The position numbers and the translations under genes are program-made. A DNA stretch of 32,000 nucleotides, taken from Mycobacterium leprae TN (lineage in GTDB: Bacteria; Actinomycetota; Actinomycetes; Mycobacteriales; Mycobacteriaceae). The stretch covers positions 1,230,001-1,262,000 of the forward strand of contig NC_002677.1 in NCBI RefSeq assembly GCF_000195855.1, written 5' to 3'. Under the pieces are notes generated by a model. It was not told the DNA's origin. It saw only the letters and a list, made by a program, of their open reading frames with translations, and made no database searches. Below, one piece after another: positions 20,675 to 30,027 of this stretch (within the stretch, counting starts at the first letter, position 1; every line of letters begins with the position of its first letter).

Positions 20675-21527
20675 AAAAGTAAAAGTAACGGCAGGGGTTC
20701 GGGTGGGTGCGCGGCGCGCCACGATTTGGGTAATCATCGACACCTTCGTGGTGGGATATGCGTTATTGCCAGTGCTGTGGATTCTCAGCCTGTCACTCAA
20801 ACCAGCGTCAACGGTCAAGGACGGCAAGCTGATTCCGTCGTTAGTGACTTTCGACAACTATCGCGGCATCTTTCGAAGCGATCTTTTCAGCTCGGCGCTG
20901 ATCAACTCCATCGGGATCGGATTGACTACCACCGTGATAGCGGTGATGTTCGGTGCGATGGCAGCCTACGCGATTGCCCGGCTGGCTTTCCCCGGCAAGC
21001 GGTTACTTGTTGGTACCACCCTGCTGGTCACTATGTTCCCAGCGATTTCGTTGGTGACGCCGTTGTTCAACATCGAACGCCGGGTCGGTCTGTTCGATAC
21101 GTGGGCTGGGCTGATTTTGCCCTACATCACTTTCGCGTTGCCGCTTGCTATCTATACCTTGTCAGCATTCTTCGCCGAAATTCCTTGGGATTTAGAGAAA
21201 GCCGCCAAGATGGATGGCGCCACGTCGGGTCAGGCTTTCCGTAAGGTGATTGTCCCGCTGGCGGCACCGGGCTTGGTCACCGCGGCGATTCTGGTGTTCA
21301 TCTTCGCTTGGAATGATCTGCTGCTAGCATTGTCGTTGACCTCCACTAAGGCGGCGATAACAGCCCCGGTTGCAATCACAAACTTTACTGGCAGTTCACA
21401 GTTCGAGGAGCCGACCGGCTCGATTGCGGCTGGGGCAATTGTGATTACAGCGCCGATCATCGTCTTTGTTTGGATTTTCCAGCGACGAATTGTTGCCGGG
21501 TTAACTTCTGGTGCTGTGAAGGGATAG
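20664..21527 (+). CDS. sugB: trehalose ABC importer permease SugB
   Basis: The EAA loop [27 protein letters not shown] is present. ATG 20664 is preceded by GGAGGTG (20651-20657) and overlaps the sugA stop (TGA 20672-20674). Confidence 0.9.
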   Translation: MGIEKVKVTAGVRVGARRATIWVIIDTFVVGYALLPVLWILSLSLKPASTVKDGKLIPSLVTFDNYRGIFRSDLFSSALINSIGIGLTTTVIAVMFGAMAAYAIARLAFPGKRLLVGTTLLVTMFPAISLVTPLFNIERRVGLFDTWAGLILPYITFALPLAIYTLSAFFAEIPWDLEKAAKMDGATSGQAFRKVIVPLAAPGLVTAAILVFIFAWNDLLLALSLTSTKAAITAPVAITNFTGSSQFEEPTGSIAAGAIVITAPIIVFVWIFQRRIVAGLTSGAVKG

Positions 21528-21531
21528 CTCG

Positions 21532-22710
21532 ATGGCCGAGATTGTGCTGGAGCACGTCAACAAGAATTACCCGAACGGTGCGACGGCGGTGCATGACCTT
21601 TCCATCACCGTCGCCGACGGGGAATTCCTCATCCTGATAGGGCCTTCAGGCTGCGGCAAGACCACGACTCTGAATATGATTGCTGGACTTGAGGATATTT
21701 CTTCGGGTGAGCTAAGAATCGACGGCGATCGGGTCAACGAGAAGGCGCCCAAGGATCGTGATATCGCGATGGTGTTCCAGTCTTACGCGCTTTACCCGCA
21801 TATGACCGTGCGACAGAATATCGCGTTCCCGCTGATGCTGGCCAAGGTGAAGAAAGCGGAGATAGCGCAGAAGGTTTCCGAGACTGCTCAAATCCTTGAT
21901 TTGACCGATCTTTTGGACCGTAAGCCCTCGCAGTTGTCTGGCGGGCAACGACAACGGGTCGCGATGGGCCGGGCAATTGTTCGTCACCCCAAGGCATTCT
22001 TGATGGACGAGCCGTTGTCCAACCTGGATGCTAAACTACGGGTGCGGACGCGTGGTGAAATCGCCCGGCTGCAGCGCAGGTTGGGTGCCACCACCGTTTA
22101 TGTCACCCACGATCAAACTGAAGCCATGACGCTAGGGGATCGCGTGGTGGTCATGCGCTCTGGTGTTGTACAGCAGATCGGTACGCCCGATGAGCTTTAT
22201 GAACGTCCGGTCAATCTCTTCGTCGCGGGGTTTATCGGTTCGCCGGTGATGAATTTCTTCCCTGCCAAGTTGACACCGAACGGACTGACCCTGCCCTTGG
22301 GGGAACTGAACTTGTCGCGGGACGTCCAGGCGATGATCGGACAGCACCCGGTGCCGGACAGGGTTATTGTCGGGGTGCGACCCGAGCATCTGACCGATGC
22401 TAAGTTGATCGACGCACATCAACACGGCACGGTGTTAACTTTTAAGGTGAAGGTTGACTTGGTCGAATCACTGGGGGCCGACAAATACATCTATTTTACT
22501 ACGACTGGTTGTGATGTGTATTCAGCCCAGTTGGACGAGTTAGCTTCCGAGTTGGAAGTACGTGAAAATCAGTTTGTGGCAAGAGTTTCCGCTGAATCAA
22601 AAATGGCCATAGGAGAGTCGATTGAGTTGGCTTTCGGCACAGCAAAAATAGCTGTTTTCGACGCTGACTCTGGGGTGAATCTGACTGTTTCTGCACCGAC
22701 TGATGCGTAG
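21532..22710 (+). CDS. sugC: trehalose ABC importer ATPase SugC (MalK-like)
   Basis: Walker A GPSGCGKTT, Q-loop, signature LSGGQRQRVA, Walker B FLMDEPLSNLD and H-loop VTHDQ are present, plus a C-terminal MalK-type regulatory domain. The product is 392 aa. Confidence 0.92.
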   Translation: MAEIVLEHVNKNYPNGATAVHDLSITVADGEFLILIGPSGCGKTTTLNMIAGLEDISSGELRIDGDRVNEKAPKDRDIAMVFQSYALYPHMTVRQNIAFPLMLAKVKKAEIAQKVSETAQILDLTDLLDRKPSQLSGGQRQRVAMGRAIVRHPKAFLMDEPLSNLDAKLRVRTRGEIARLQRRLGATTVYVTHDQTEAMTLGDRVVVMRSGVVQQIGTPDELYERPVNLFVAGFIGSPVMNFFPAKLTPNGLTLPLGELNLSRDVQAMIGQHPVPDRVIVGVRPEHLTDAKLIDAHQHGTVLTFKVKVDLVESLGADKYIYFTTTGCDVYSAQLDELASELEVRENQFVARVSAESKMAIGESIELAFGTAKIAVFDADSGVNLTVSAPTDA

Positions 22711-23338
22711 TGACACAGGACTCTGGCACAAGTACGTGCATACCTGTGCAGCATGTTCACTGAGGTAGGTACCCTAGATATACTCATTGAGTCCGATTCC
22801 GTGAGCGTGACGTTCCTGGGTACCGAATCTATCGAGATGTTGCGATTACGTTCTGGAGCAGACGGATTGCTATACTAAGTGTGATTGGGGTGCTCGCGTT
22901 ATTCGATGAATGATCCGACCGAGATTCCAGCTGACCAATTGCGTAGCCCACGTGTTGAAGTTGTTCTGTCCCTGCGTGATCTCGGGCCGATCACCGGACT
23001 GGTACGCACCTGGCGGTCGACGGTGTGGTGCTGGTCGAGGACGCTCTGATCAACCTCAGATCGCTGCTGTGGGCAAAACCATCGGGGCGTTTGCTGTTTA
23101 ATCGTGGTGTTGTTAGGTCGCAGTAGTATTCCTGAGCTGCCGATGCAGCCTCTTCGGGGTCTAGTACTTTTTCTATCGGTGACTCCTGTCACAGCGACTG
23201 AGGAATCCTGGTTGTGGCTCAAGGAAACTCTTGGTGCTCAAGCTATGCGGCAGGATGGCAGACGACGTGCTGGATCCGAATCGCCGTATTGCACAATTTC
23301 ACTGACGGCGGGCAGCTGCGGCACGCATTGTTGCCAGG

Positions 23339-24448
23339 CTACAGCCAGTTCCTGTTTCGGAATTGCCAGTAAAGAACCAGGCAGACAATGGTCATTCCGG
23401 CCATTACCAGCGGGTAACTCCACGTCCAGTTCAGCTCGGGCATGAAACGGAAGTTCATACCGTAGATGGCGGCGACCATAGTGGGCATCGCCACGATGCC
23501 GGCCCAGGCCGCCATCTTGCGCATATCGTTGTTCTGCTGCATCCCGACACGAGCCAATGCGGCCTGTACTAGTGAATTGAGCATGTCGTCATAGCTGGCT
23601 ATTTGATCTGCGGCCTCGGTCTGGTGGTCAGCTACGTCACGCAGGTAGCGGCGCAATTCTTTGGAGATTAAGTCTTTGTTATCCGTTTGCATTCGCTGGA
23701 GTGCGGCGGAGAGCGGGGCAACACAGCGGCGAAGTTCGATGACCTCGCGCTTGAGTAGGTAAATCGGCTCGACGTTGAGCTTGCGGCCGGGAGCAAACGC
23801 CACTTCCTCGATGGCGTCGATATCGCCTTCCATCAGATTGGTCACCGCTAAATAGCGGTCTACCACGTAGTCCGAGATGGCATGCATCACAGCGTACGAG
23901 CCCAGCCGCAGATGCTCGGGGTCGGTATCCATTCGCTTACGCACCTCGGACAGCTCACCATGCTCGCCGTGGCGGACCGTGACCACGAAATTCTTGCCGA
24001 CGAAGATCATCACCTCGCCGGTTTCGACGATCTGGCGGGCCAGCACCACCGATTCGTGCGGTACATAATTGACGGTCTTGAGGACCAGAAACAACGTGTC
24101 GTCGTAGCGTTCCAACTTGGGCCGCTGATGGGCGTGCACGGCGTCCTCGACTGCCAAGGGGTGTAGCCCGAAAACGTCGGCGACGTTATGCATGTGGCTT
24201 GCTTCAGGCTCGTGTAACCCGATCCAGACGAATCCCTCGTTCCCCATCAGTTCGATCTCGCGCACCCTGCTCAGCGCGGCGGTGTACGTTGTGTATTTGT
24301 CGGGTAGCCGATGGCCTCCGACATAGACGCCGCAGTCGACCAAGGGCTCGGTGAGCGGGGGGAAAATGGGATGTACGTGAGGCGTGTACAGTCGGGGCTT
24401 CGTGACCGGCCTCAGCGCTTCAGGTAACGGGTCAAACCCCGGGAACAT
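23339..24448 (-). CDS. corA: CorA-family magnesium/cobalt transporter
   Basis: A cytoplasmic domain precedes two C-terminal TM helices carrying the YGMNF signature (AAIYGMNFRFMPEL). The start is ATG 24448 (MFPGFDPL), with ATG 24460 as the alternative. Confidence 0.88.
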   Translation of the reverse strand: MFPGFDPLPEALRPVTKPRLYTPHVHPIFPPLTEPLVDCGVYVGGHRLPDKYTTYTAALSRVREIELMGNEGFVWIGLHEPEASHMHNVADVFGLHPLAVEDAVHAHQRPKLERYDDTLFLVLKTVNYVPHESVVLARQIVETGEVMIFVGKNFVVTVRHGEHGELSEVRKRMDTDPEHLRLGSYAVMHAISDYVVDRYLAVTNLMEGDIDAIEEVAFAPGRKLNVEPIYLLKREVIELRRCVAPLSAALQRMQTDNKDLISKELRRYLRDVADHQTEAADQIASYDDMLNSLVQAALARVGMQQNNDMRKMAAWAGIVAMPTMVAAIYGMNFRFMPELNWTWSYPLVMAGMTIVCLVLYWQFRNRNWL

Positions 24449-24670
24449 CTCAACCCCCATCGCGGCACAGGTGTTATTAGGTGGTGTTTTATGGTACGCG
24501 TTTTGGCCAGAACAGTGGAGGACTGATTGAGTGTTGGAATGGGTCCCAGAGGGAAGTAGAACTGCTGGACCGAAAATCTCGGGTCGGTAAGGATGCGCTA
24601 GTTTCCATCCAAGCTTGAAACTCGTACCGATAGCTCGAGCCGAACCTCTCTCCGATAAGGAGTAATCGAA

Positions 24671-25660
24671 GTGAGCCCACGTCCCCTCAAGGTCGCCGTA
24701 ACCGGCGCTGCCGGTCAGATCGGTTATAGCCTGCTGTTCCGCTTGGCGAGCGGCTCACTGCTGGGGCTTGACCGCCCGATTGAGTTGCGTCTGCTTGAGA
24801 TTGAGCCCGCGCTCAAGGCGCTCGAGGGTGTCGTGATGGAACTTGATGACTGCGCGTTCCTGCTGTTGGCGGGCGTCGAGATAGGCGCGGATCCGAACAA
24901 GGTCTTCGACGGTGTCAACCTGGCCCTGCTTGTCGGTGCCCGGCCGCGCGGGCCGGGCATGGAACGTGGCGATTTATTGGAGGCTAACGGCGCGATATTC
25001 ACTGCGCAGGGCAAGGCCCTCAACGCCGTCGCCGCCGCTGACATCCGTGTCGGTGTGACTGGCAATCCGGCCAACACCAACGCGCTGATCGCGATGACCA
25101 ACGCGCCCGACATCCCCCGCGAGCGGTTCTCGGCACTTACCCGTCTGGACCACAACCGGGCTATTGCGCAGCTAGCCACGAAGACCGGCTCCGCAGTCAC
25201 CGACATCAGGAAGATGACGATCTGGGGCAACCACTCGGCCACCCAATACCCCGACGTTTTCCACGCTGAGATCGGCGGTAAGAACGCGGCCGAGGTCGTG
25301 GGGGACCAAGCTTGGATCGAGGACTACTTTATCCCGACCGTCGCCAAGCGCGGTGCTGCGATCATCGATGCACGCGGCGCTTCGTCAGCCGCTTCGGCAG
25401 CATCGGCGACCATTGATGCCGCCCGGGACTGGCTGCTGGGCACCCCTGAGGGCAACTGGGTTTCGATGGCGGTGGTATCCGATGGTTCGTACGGTGTGCC
25501 GGAGGGCCTGATCTCTTCGTTCCCTGTAACCACCACGGATGGAGACTGGACGATCGTCAGGGGCTTGGGGATCGATGACTTCTCCCGCGGGCGGATCGAC
25601 AAGTCGACCGCAGAGCTGGCCGACGAGCGTATGGCGGTCAAGCAGCTCGGTCTGATTTAG
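24671..25660 (+). CDS. mdh: malate dehydrogenase (NAD-dependent, LDH-like MDH family)
   Basis: GTG start, with AAGGAG at 24657-24662. The Rossmann motif [16 protein letters not shown], the catalytic segment GNHS ([12 protein letters not shown]) and the substrate Arg motif [15 protein letters not shown] are present. The product is 329 aa. Confidence 0.92.
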   Translation: MSPRPLKVAVTGAAGQIGYSLLFRLASGSLLGLDRPIELRLLEIEPALKALEGVVMELDDCAFLLLAGVEIGADPNKVFDGVNLALLVGARPRGPGMERGDLLEANGAIFTAQGKALNAVAAADIRVGVTGNPANTNALIAMTNAPDIPRERFSALTRLDHNRAIAQLATKTGSAVTDIRKMTIWGNHSATQYPDVFHAEIGGKNAAEVVGDQAWIEDYFIPTVAKRGAAIIDARGASSAASAASATIDAARDWLLGTPEGNWVSMAVVSDGSYGVPEGLISSFPVTTTDGDWTIVRGLGIDDFSRGRIDKSTAELADERMAVKQLGLI

Positions 25661-26444
25661 GGGCGGTTCCGCGCTAGACGTCTGTCACCCGTCGTGGCCG
25701 AGACTACCGGAGGTTCTCGGCGTTCCCCGGTTCCGTCTCTCAGGCCGTCGTTGCCGATAAACAAGGAGCCGAGTCCGCTAAGGCAGCCCGCGCCGCCGTT
25801 ACCTGCAAAGCCGAAGCCGCCAGGTTCCCCGGTGTCACCCGGGGTGAGACAGTCGTTACTGTCGGTGCCGCCATTGCCCCCGCTACCGCGGGATTGCATG
25901 CACCGACGGTGCTGATGGCCGGCCTGGCTGGTGGAATCGGGTTTTAGATTGACACCGCCGGCGTCAGGCCAGGCAGCGCCTGCCCCGCTGGTGTTTACCA
26001 TTTCCGCTAATGCCAAGCAGTTCCTGTGTTGCCATCGACGCCGCCGTTGCCATAAATCATCGCTGCCATCGACGCCGTCTCCGCCGTTTTACCCCGGACG
26101 GCCATTGGCACCGTTGGCGATCAGCAGGAATCCCAGCAGCTGGGTGGGTGCATTGACCAGGTCCAGCGTCTGCTGTAGCAGCATACGACACTCCGGCGGA
26201 GCTCAACCTCCGCATAAACTGCTGCTGAAACGCTGCCGCCTGTGTGCTAAATACTTGATGGGCCTGGGCGTTCGAAGAAAACAGCGACGTGATCGCCGCC
26301 AACACCTCATCAGCGTCCGCGGCCAACAGCTTCGTGGGCGGGGTCACCGGCTGCCCCATTGTTCACGACCAGTGTTGTGCCGATAGTCTCCAAACCCGTT
26401 GCTACCGCCGTCAACAAGTCTTGTGCCGCAATCAGATACACCAT
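25657..26444 (-). pseudogene. PE_PGRS family gene remnant
   Basis: The PE N-terminus MVYLIAAQDLLTAVATGLETIGTTL starts at ATG 26444 and shifts frame into TKLLAADADEVLAAITSLFSSNAQAHQVFSTQAAAFQQQFMRRL. A short Gly-rich PGRS-like tail (GFGFAGNGGAG, LFIGNDG) lies in a third frame and runs up to the mdh stop. Confidence 0.7.
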
Positions 26445-26558
26445 GGCGAACCTCTCAGCCGGCTAAATCGAACAATAGGGCAGGTCCAAAGGGTATCGTC
26501 TGTGCTCGACAGGACATTCGGCGTTTCGTCTGCCTAGACTTGCAGTACTCTCGACCCT

Positions 26559-27732
26559 GTGCTAAAAATCGACCAGCCGCTACAGATTGTCATCGACGAC
26601 GATATCTTTCGGGCTCACGTAGGTGAGAAGTTTTCCGTTGCGCTGAAGACTCCGTTGGATGCTCAACGCGCGTTCTCGGTCCCCTACACTCCAGGCGTGG
26701 CGCAGGTAAGTCATGCGATCGCCGCGAATCGCGCCCTGGCTGTCTGTTATACGTGGGTGAACCGGTTCCGTCGTAAGCGATGGAAGCGCTGTAATCGGGT
26801 TCGAGTGATATCGGACCCGCGGCGTTGTTGCTGATGATGGAGGGCAAGTGCGTGCTGTTCAAGATATGTCGCGGGCGTAACGCGATCTCGATCGTGCTGG
26901 ATACCAGGGATCTCGGCGAGGTCGTAAAAACCCCTGGTGAGGCTGTGCTCGACGTTCGACACCGTCAACCTCGAGGACATTCTTCGCACTGCGCTGCTTC
27001 GAGATCGAACGGTGGGTTGTCGGGATGCTGGATTGCCCGGTTATGTATGACGACCAGAATGGTACGGCGATCGTCGTGCTTGTTGCACCGATGGTTGCTA
27101 TCATATTACTCGGCCGCGGCATGTCTTCGCTGAATGTGGTAGGTGTCCGGCGCCGGTACCGCAGGGGCTACTTCCACGAATCTTTTTCTTACCATCGGTG
27201 TTTCAGACACTACTGTGCGCGATTCGCTTGGCATTCTGCATACCGGGTGCGACGACATGAACTGCGTGAAGTTAGTTTGATTTGGCGCGATGTACCAACT
27301 CCGGCGGTCTCACCGGCGACATGGCCGAGGTGCTCGCTGGCGTTGCTGTGTTCTTTGGGGTGTAGGCGGTCTTGGTCCCTCGAAGAATTGCTTGTCATGA
27401 TGGCACCTGACGGGATCGTGTTCGTGCTGTCCGATCCGGACCCGGAAATACATCCCGGCGTTGCTGCCAAATACGTGGCAGTGGTGGCTATCGGGCGTAG
27501 TGACTTCTGCAGCCAGATCAACAGCGTGCTTGTGTTTCCTGGTGTCTTTTGCGGAGCGCTGGACGCCGAAACGAGTCGGATCACCGAAAAGATGATGGTG
27601 GCCGCTGTCGAGGCGATTTTCTGTGTTGCCAGCGACGACTTCACTCTCGACCGGATTGTTCCGAGCCTATTGAACTTCCGCGTTGGCGAAGCGGGCGCCT
27701 TGGCAACAGAAGCGTCAGACGTCGCGGGATGA
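26559..27732 (+). pseudogene. MaeB-type (about 390 aa) NAD(P)-malic enzyme remnant
   Basis: Recognisable segments lie in shifting frames: VPYTPGVAQV, DIGPAALLLMMEGKCVLFK (after an in-frame TGA), VMYDDQNGTAIVVL (the FHDDQHGTAIV motif), and SDPDPEIHP...IGRSDFCSQINSVLVFPGVFCGALD (the ANPxPEI...GRSDxPNQxNNVLxFPGxFRGALD motif). Confidence 0.7.
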
Positions 27733-28586
27733 GGGTCGGCAGGCTGGCGGCGTTGCTGCTCGCCGGAGTCGGAGTGTTTGTCGCGGGCGGTTGCGCGACT
27801 GACAGGGGTGATCGTCATCCGGAGTTGGTCGTTGGGTCCAAGCCTGATTCGGAGTCCACGCTGCTAGCCGCCATCTATGTCGCGGCTTTGCGGTCGTACG
27901 GTTTTGGGGCGCGAGGTGAAACTGGTGCTGACCCAATGGCGATGCTGGATTCGGGTGGATTCACTGTCGTCCCTGGATTCACCGGCAAGGTGTTGCAAAT
28001 CTTGCAGCCCCGAGCAGCGGTGCTTTCCGCTGCTCGGGTCTACCGCGCGATGGTCTCTGCACTGCCCGAGGGCATCGCCGCCGGCGACTACACCACTGCC
28101 GCCGAAGATAAGCCCACGCTGGTCGTGACTCCGGACACCGCGAAGGCCTGGAGTGGTAGTGACTTGAGCCTGGTGCTCAGTCACTGTAACGAGCTGGTCG
28201 TCGGGATCGTTGCCGGCACCCACACCCCATCGGCGGTGGGCTCGTGCCGGCTGCCCGCCGCGCGTGAATTTCCTGATTATCCAACTATGTTCGCCGCGTT
28301 GAGGGCTGGCCAGCTGACCGCGGGCTGGACCACCACCGCCAACCCCGACCTCCCCGCCGACCTGATTGTGCTCACCGACGGTAAAGCCACGCTGATCCAG
28401 GCCGAGAATGTGGTGCCGCTTTATCGGCGCAACGTGCTGACGGATAGGCAAATGCTGGCCATAAACGAAGTGGCTGGTGTGCTGGACACCGCGGCCCTGA
28501 TCGAGATGCGCCGCCAGGTAATACGCGGCGCGGACTCGCAGGCGATCGCCGACGGATGGTTGGCAGAACACCCGATGGGCCGTTAG
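27729..28586 (+). CDS. lpqZ: lipoprotein LpqZ, OpuAC-like (glycine betaine/choline type) substrate-binding domain
   Basis: The signal peptide MRVGRLAALLLAGVGVFVAGGC carries a lipobox, and 285 aa are uninterrupted. ATG 27729 overlaps the last stop of the malic-enzyme remnant as ATGA. The ORF-track start at 27549 lies inside the pseudogene. Confidence 0.8.
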   Translation: MRVGRLAALLLAGVGVFVAGGCATDRGDRHPELVVGSKPDSESTLLAAIYVAALRSYGFGARGETGADPMAMLDSGGFTVVPGFTGKVLQILQPRAAVLSAARVYRAMVSALPEGIAAGDYTTAAEDKPTLVVTPDTAKAWSGSDLSLVLSHCNELVVGIVAGTHTPSAVGSCRLPAAREFPDYPTMFAALRAGQLTAGWTTTANPDLPADLIVLTDGKATLIQAENVVPLYRRNVLTDRQMLAINEVAGVLDTAALIEMRRQVIRGADSQAIADGWLAEHPMGR

Positions 28587-28589
28587 TTG

Positions 28590-28875
28590 TCGCGAGGGCG
28601 CGTGTCTGTACAACGACACGCCGTGTGCTGTACAACTGCGAGCCTTTGCGAGCATTGCCTGGATGGCCGGGTCAGAATCATCTTTTGCCGAAGCGCCTCG
28701 GTGAACCTGCGCACCACGAACTTCGCCGCGTTGTAAGTGTAGGTAGCCTGCCCGGAACACGAAAAACAATCTGAACACGCTTGGAAATGCTGATGACTTG
28801 ACCATCGCTGGAGGAGATAAGGTACGGGCACTCGGTCCTAGGGTCCACACTTAACGTCGGGTTAGCCGGCTGCAC
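28590..28875 (-). pseudogene. fragment of a second short-chain dehydrogenase, a divergent paralogue of the intact SDR upstream
   Basis: PYLISSSDGQVISIS sits in one frame, and GQATYTYNAAKFVVRRFTEALRQKM in another. These match LPYLISSGDGHVINISS and PGQAAYNSAKFAVRGFTEALREEM of the neighbouring SDR, including the catalytic YxxxK. A possible decayed N-terminal trace (VATGTT...LAKPAWIA) reaches about 29125. Confidence 0.6.
28600..28621. terminator. 7-bp stem hairpin GCGTGTC-(8 nt)-GACACGC just past the lpqZ stop; possible factor-independent terminator without a U tract
   Basis: Arms 28600-28606 and 28615-28621 are exact complements. CTGTACAAC occurs in the loop region (28606-28614) and again at 28628-28636. 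No T-run follows, so the call is weak. Confidence 0.2.
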
Positions 28876-29131
28876 CGGAAGCTGCCCCGCTCTCGGTCCG
28901 CCGGAGGCCCCCCGGTGCCGGCTTGCACCATCGCTGAGAACAAAATTAGCTAGATTCGCTTATCGGCCAAATCGGCCGCCAGGCGCCACACCCAGTTTAC
29001 GGTGTCGGGCTGTTGTGTGCAGTGATTATAGGGTCCCGAAATTGGCGATCCAGGCCGGTTTCGCTAGCTAACCCGTAACCGGATCGGCGGGATGGTGTTC
29101 GGCATCGGTGGTACCGGTGGCAACATGAGTT

Positions 29132-29965
29132 TTAGCGTTGATTGAGGATCAGCCGGCTCGCCACTTGCGCGAATAGCCGCTGATAGCCAGCTCCCCCCGA
29201 AAAACGCACCACCACGTTCGCGACTTTGGCGTCCGGGCCGACCAGTACCCGCGCCTTCTTTTTGCGCACTGCTTTGAGGATGATTCGGGCGGCGTGCTGC
29301 GGGCTGGTATGGGCCACCCACGTGTCGAACCGACTGGCTATCTTGCTTACGTCGAGTCCCTCGGCGGCGGTGGCGTTGCGCGCGATTGCGGTTTTGATGC
29401 CGCCTGGGTAGACGGTCGTCACATTGACCGGCCGGCCAGCCAGCGCCATCTCTTCTCGCAGCGCCTCGGTGAAGCCGCGTACGGCGAATTTAGCCGAGTT
29501 GTACGCTGCCTGCCCCGGTACCGAAAACAAGCCGAACACACTCGAGATGTTGATGACATGGCCATCTCCAGAGGAGATCAAGTACGGAAGGAACGCCTTA
29601 GTGCCGTTTACAACACCCCAATAATCGACGTCCATCACTCGCTCTATGTCCTTGAAGTGGCTGACCTCGACGTCGCCGGTGAACGCGATGCCGGCGTTGT
29701 TGTAGATCTGGTTCACCTTACCGAAGTTCTCGTGGACCACGTCGGCATAGGTCAGGAAGGCTTCGCGTTCGGTCACGTCGAGTCGGTCGGTCCTGGCCGA
29801 CGCGCCGATCGCCTTCAGCTGTCCCTCGGTCTGTGCTAGCCCTTCGCCGTCGACATCGCTAATCGCCAGCTTGGCACCCGAACGGGCTAGTTCGATAGCC
29901 AAGGCTTGTCCGATACCCGAACCAGCGCCGGTGACCACGGCAACCTTGCCGGCGAAACCCTCCAC
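29132..29965 (-). CDS. short-chain dehydrogenase/reductase (Rv1245c-like)
   Basis: Intact 277 aa. The cofactor motif VTGAGSGIG, NNAG, the catalytic Ser (ISS) and YNSAK (YxxxK) are present. Confidence 0.85.
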   Translation of the reverse strand: MEGFAGKVAVVTGAGSGIGQALAIELARSGAKLAISDVDGEGLAQTEGQLKAIGASARTDRLDVTEREAFLTYADVVHENFGKVNQIYNNAGIAFTGDVEVSHFKDIERVMDVDYWGVVNGTKAFLPYLISSGDGHVINISSVFGLFSVPGQAAYNSAKFAVRGFTEALREEMALAGRPVNVTTVYPGGIKTAIARNATAAEGLDVSKIASRFDTWVAHTSPQHAARIILKAVRKKKARVLVGPDAKVANVVVRFSGGAGYQRLFAQVASRLILNQR

Positions 29966-30027
29966 TAGCAGCCTCTCTCGTGTCGGCTTGCTTGTCTCGA
30001 GGTTAACACTGGTGCTGGCGTTTGAGC

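Noticed and set aside
24461-24670. Possible Mg-sensing (M-box) leader or structured RNA between the divergent corA and mdh genes
   Set aside because: Only an imperfect hairpin (GGTCCcAG...CTGGACC, around 24542-24570) is visible. I see none of the conserved M-box helices. The region is short and is more simply a divergent promoter region.
24724-25242. 172-aa ORF on the minus strand
   Set aside because: It is antisense to mdh and has no motifs.
27864-28850. 328-aa ORF on the minus strand
   Set aside because: Most of it is antisense to lpqZ. Only its first ~90 codons coincide with the SDR-fragment region, which reads better in other frames.
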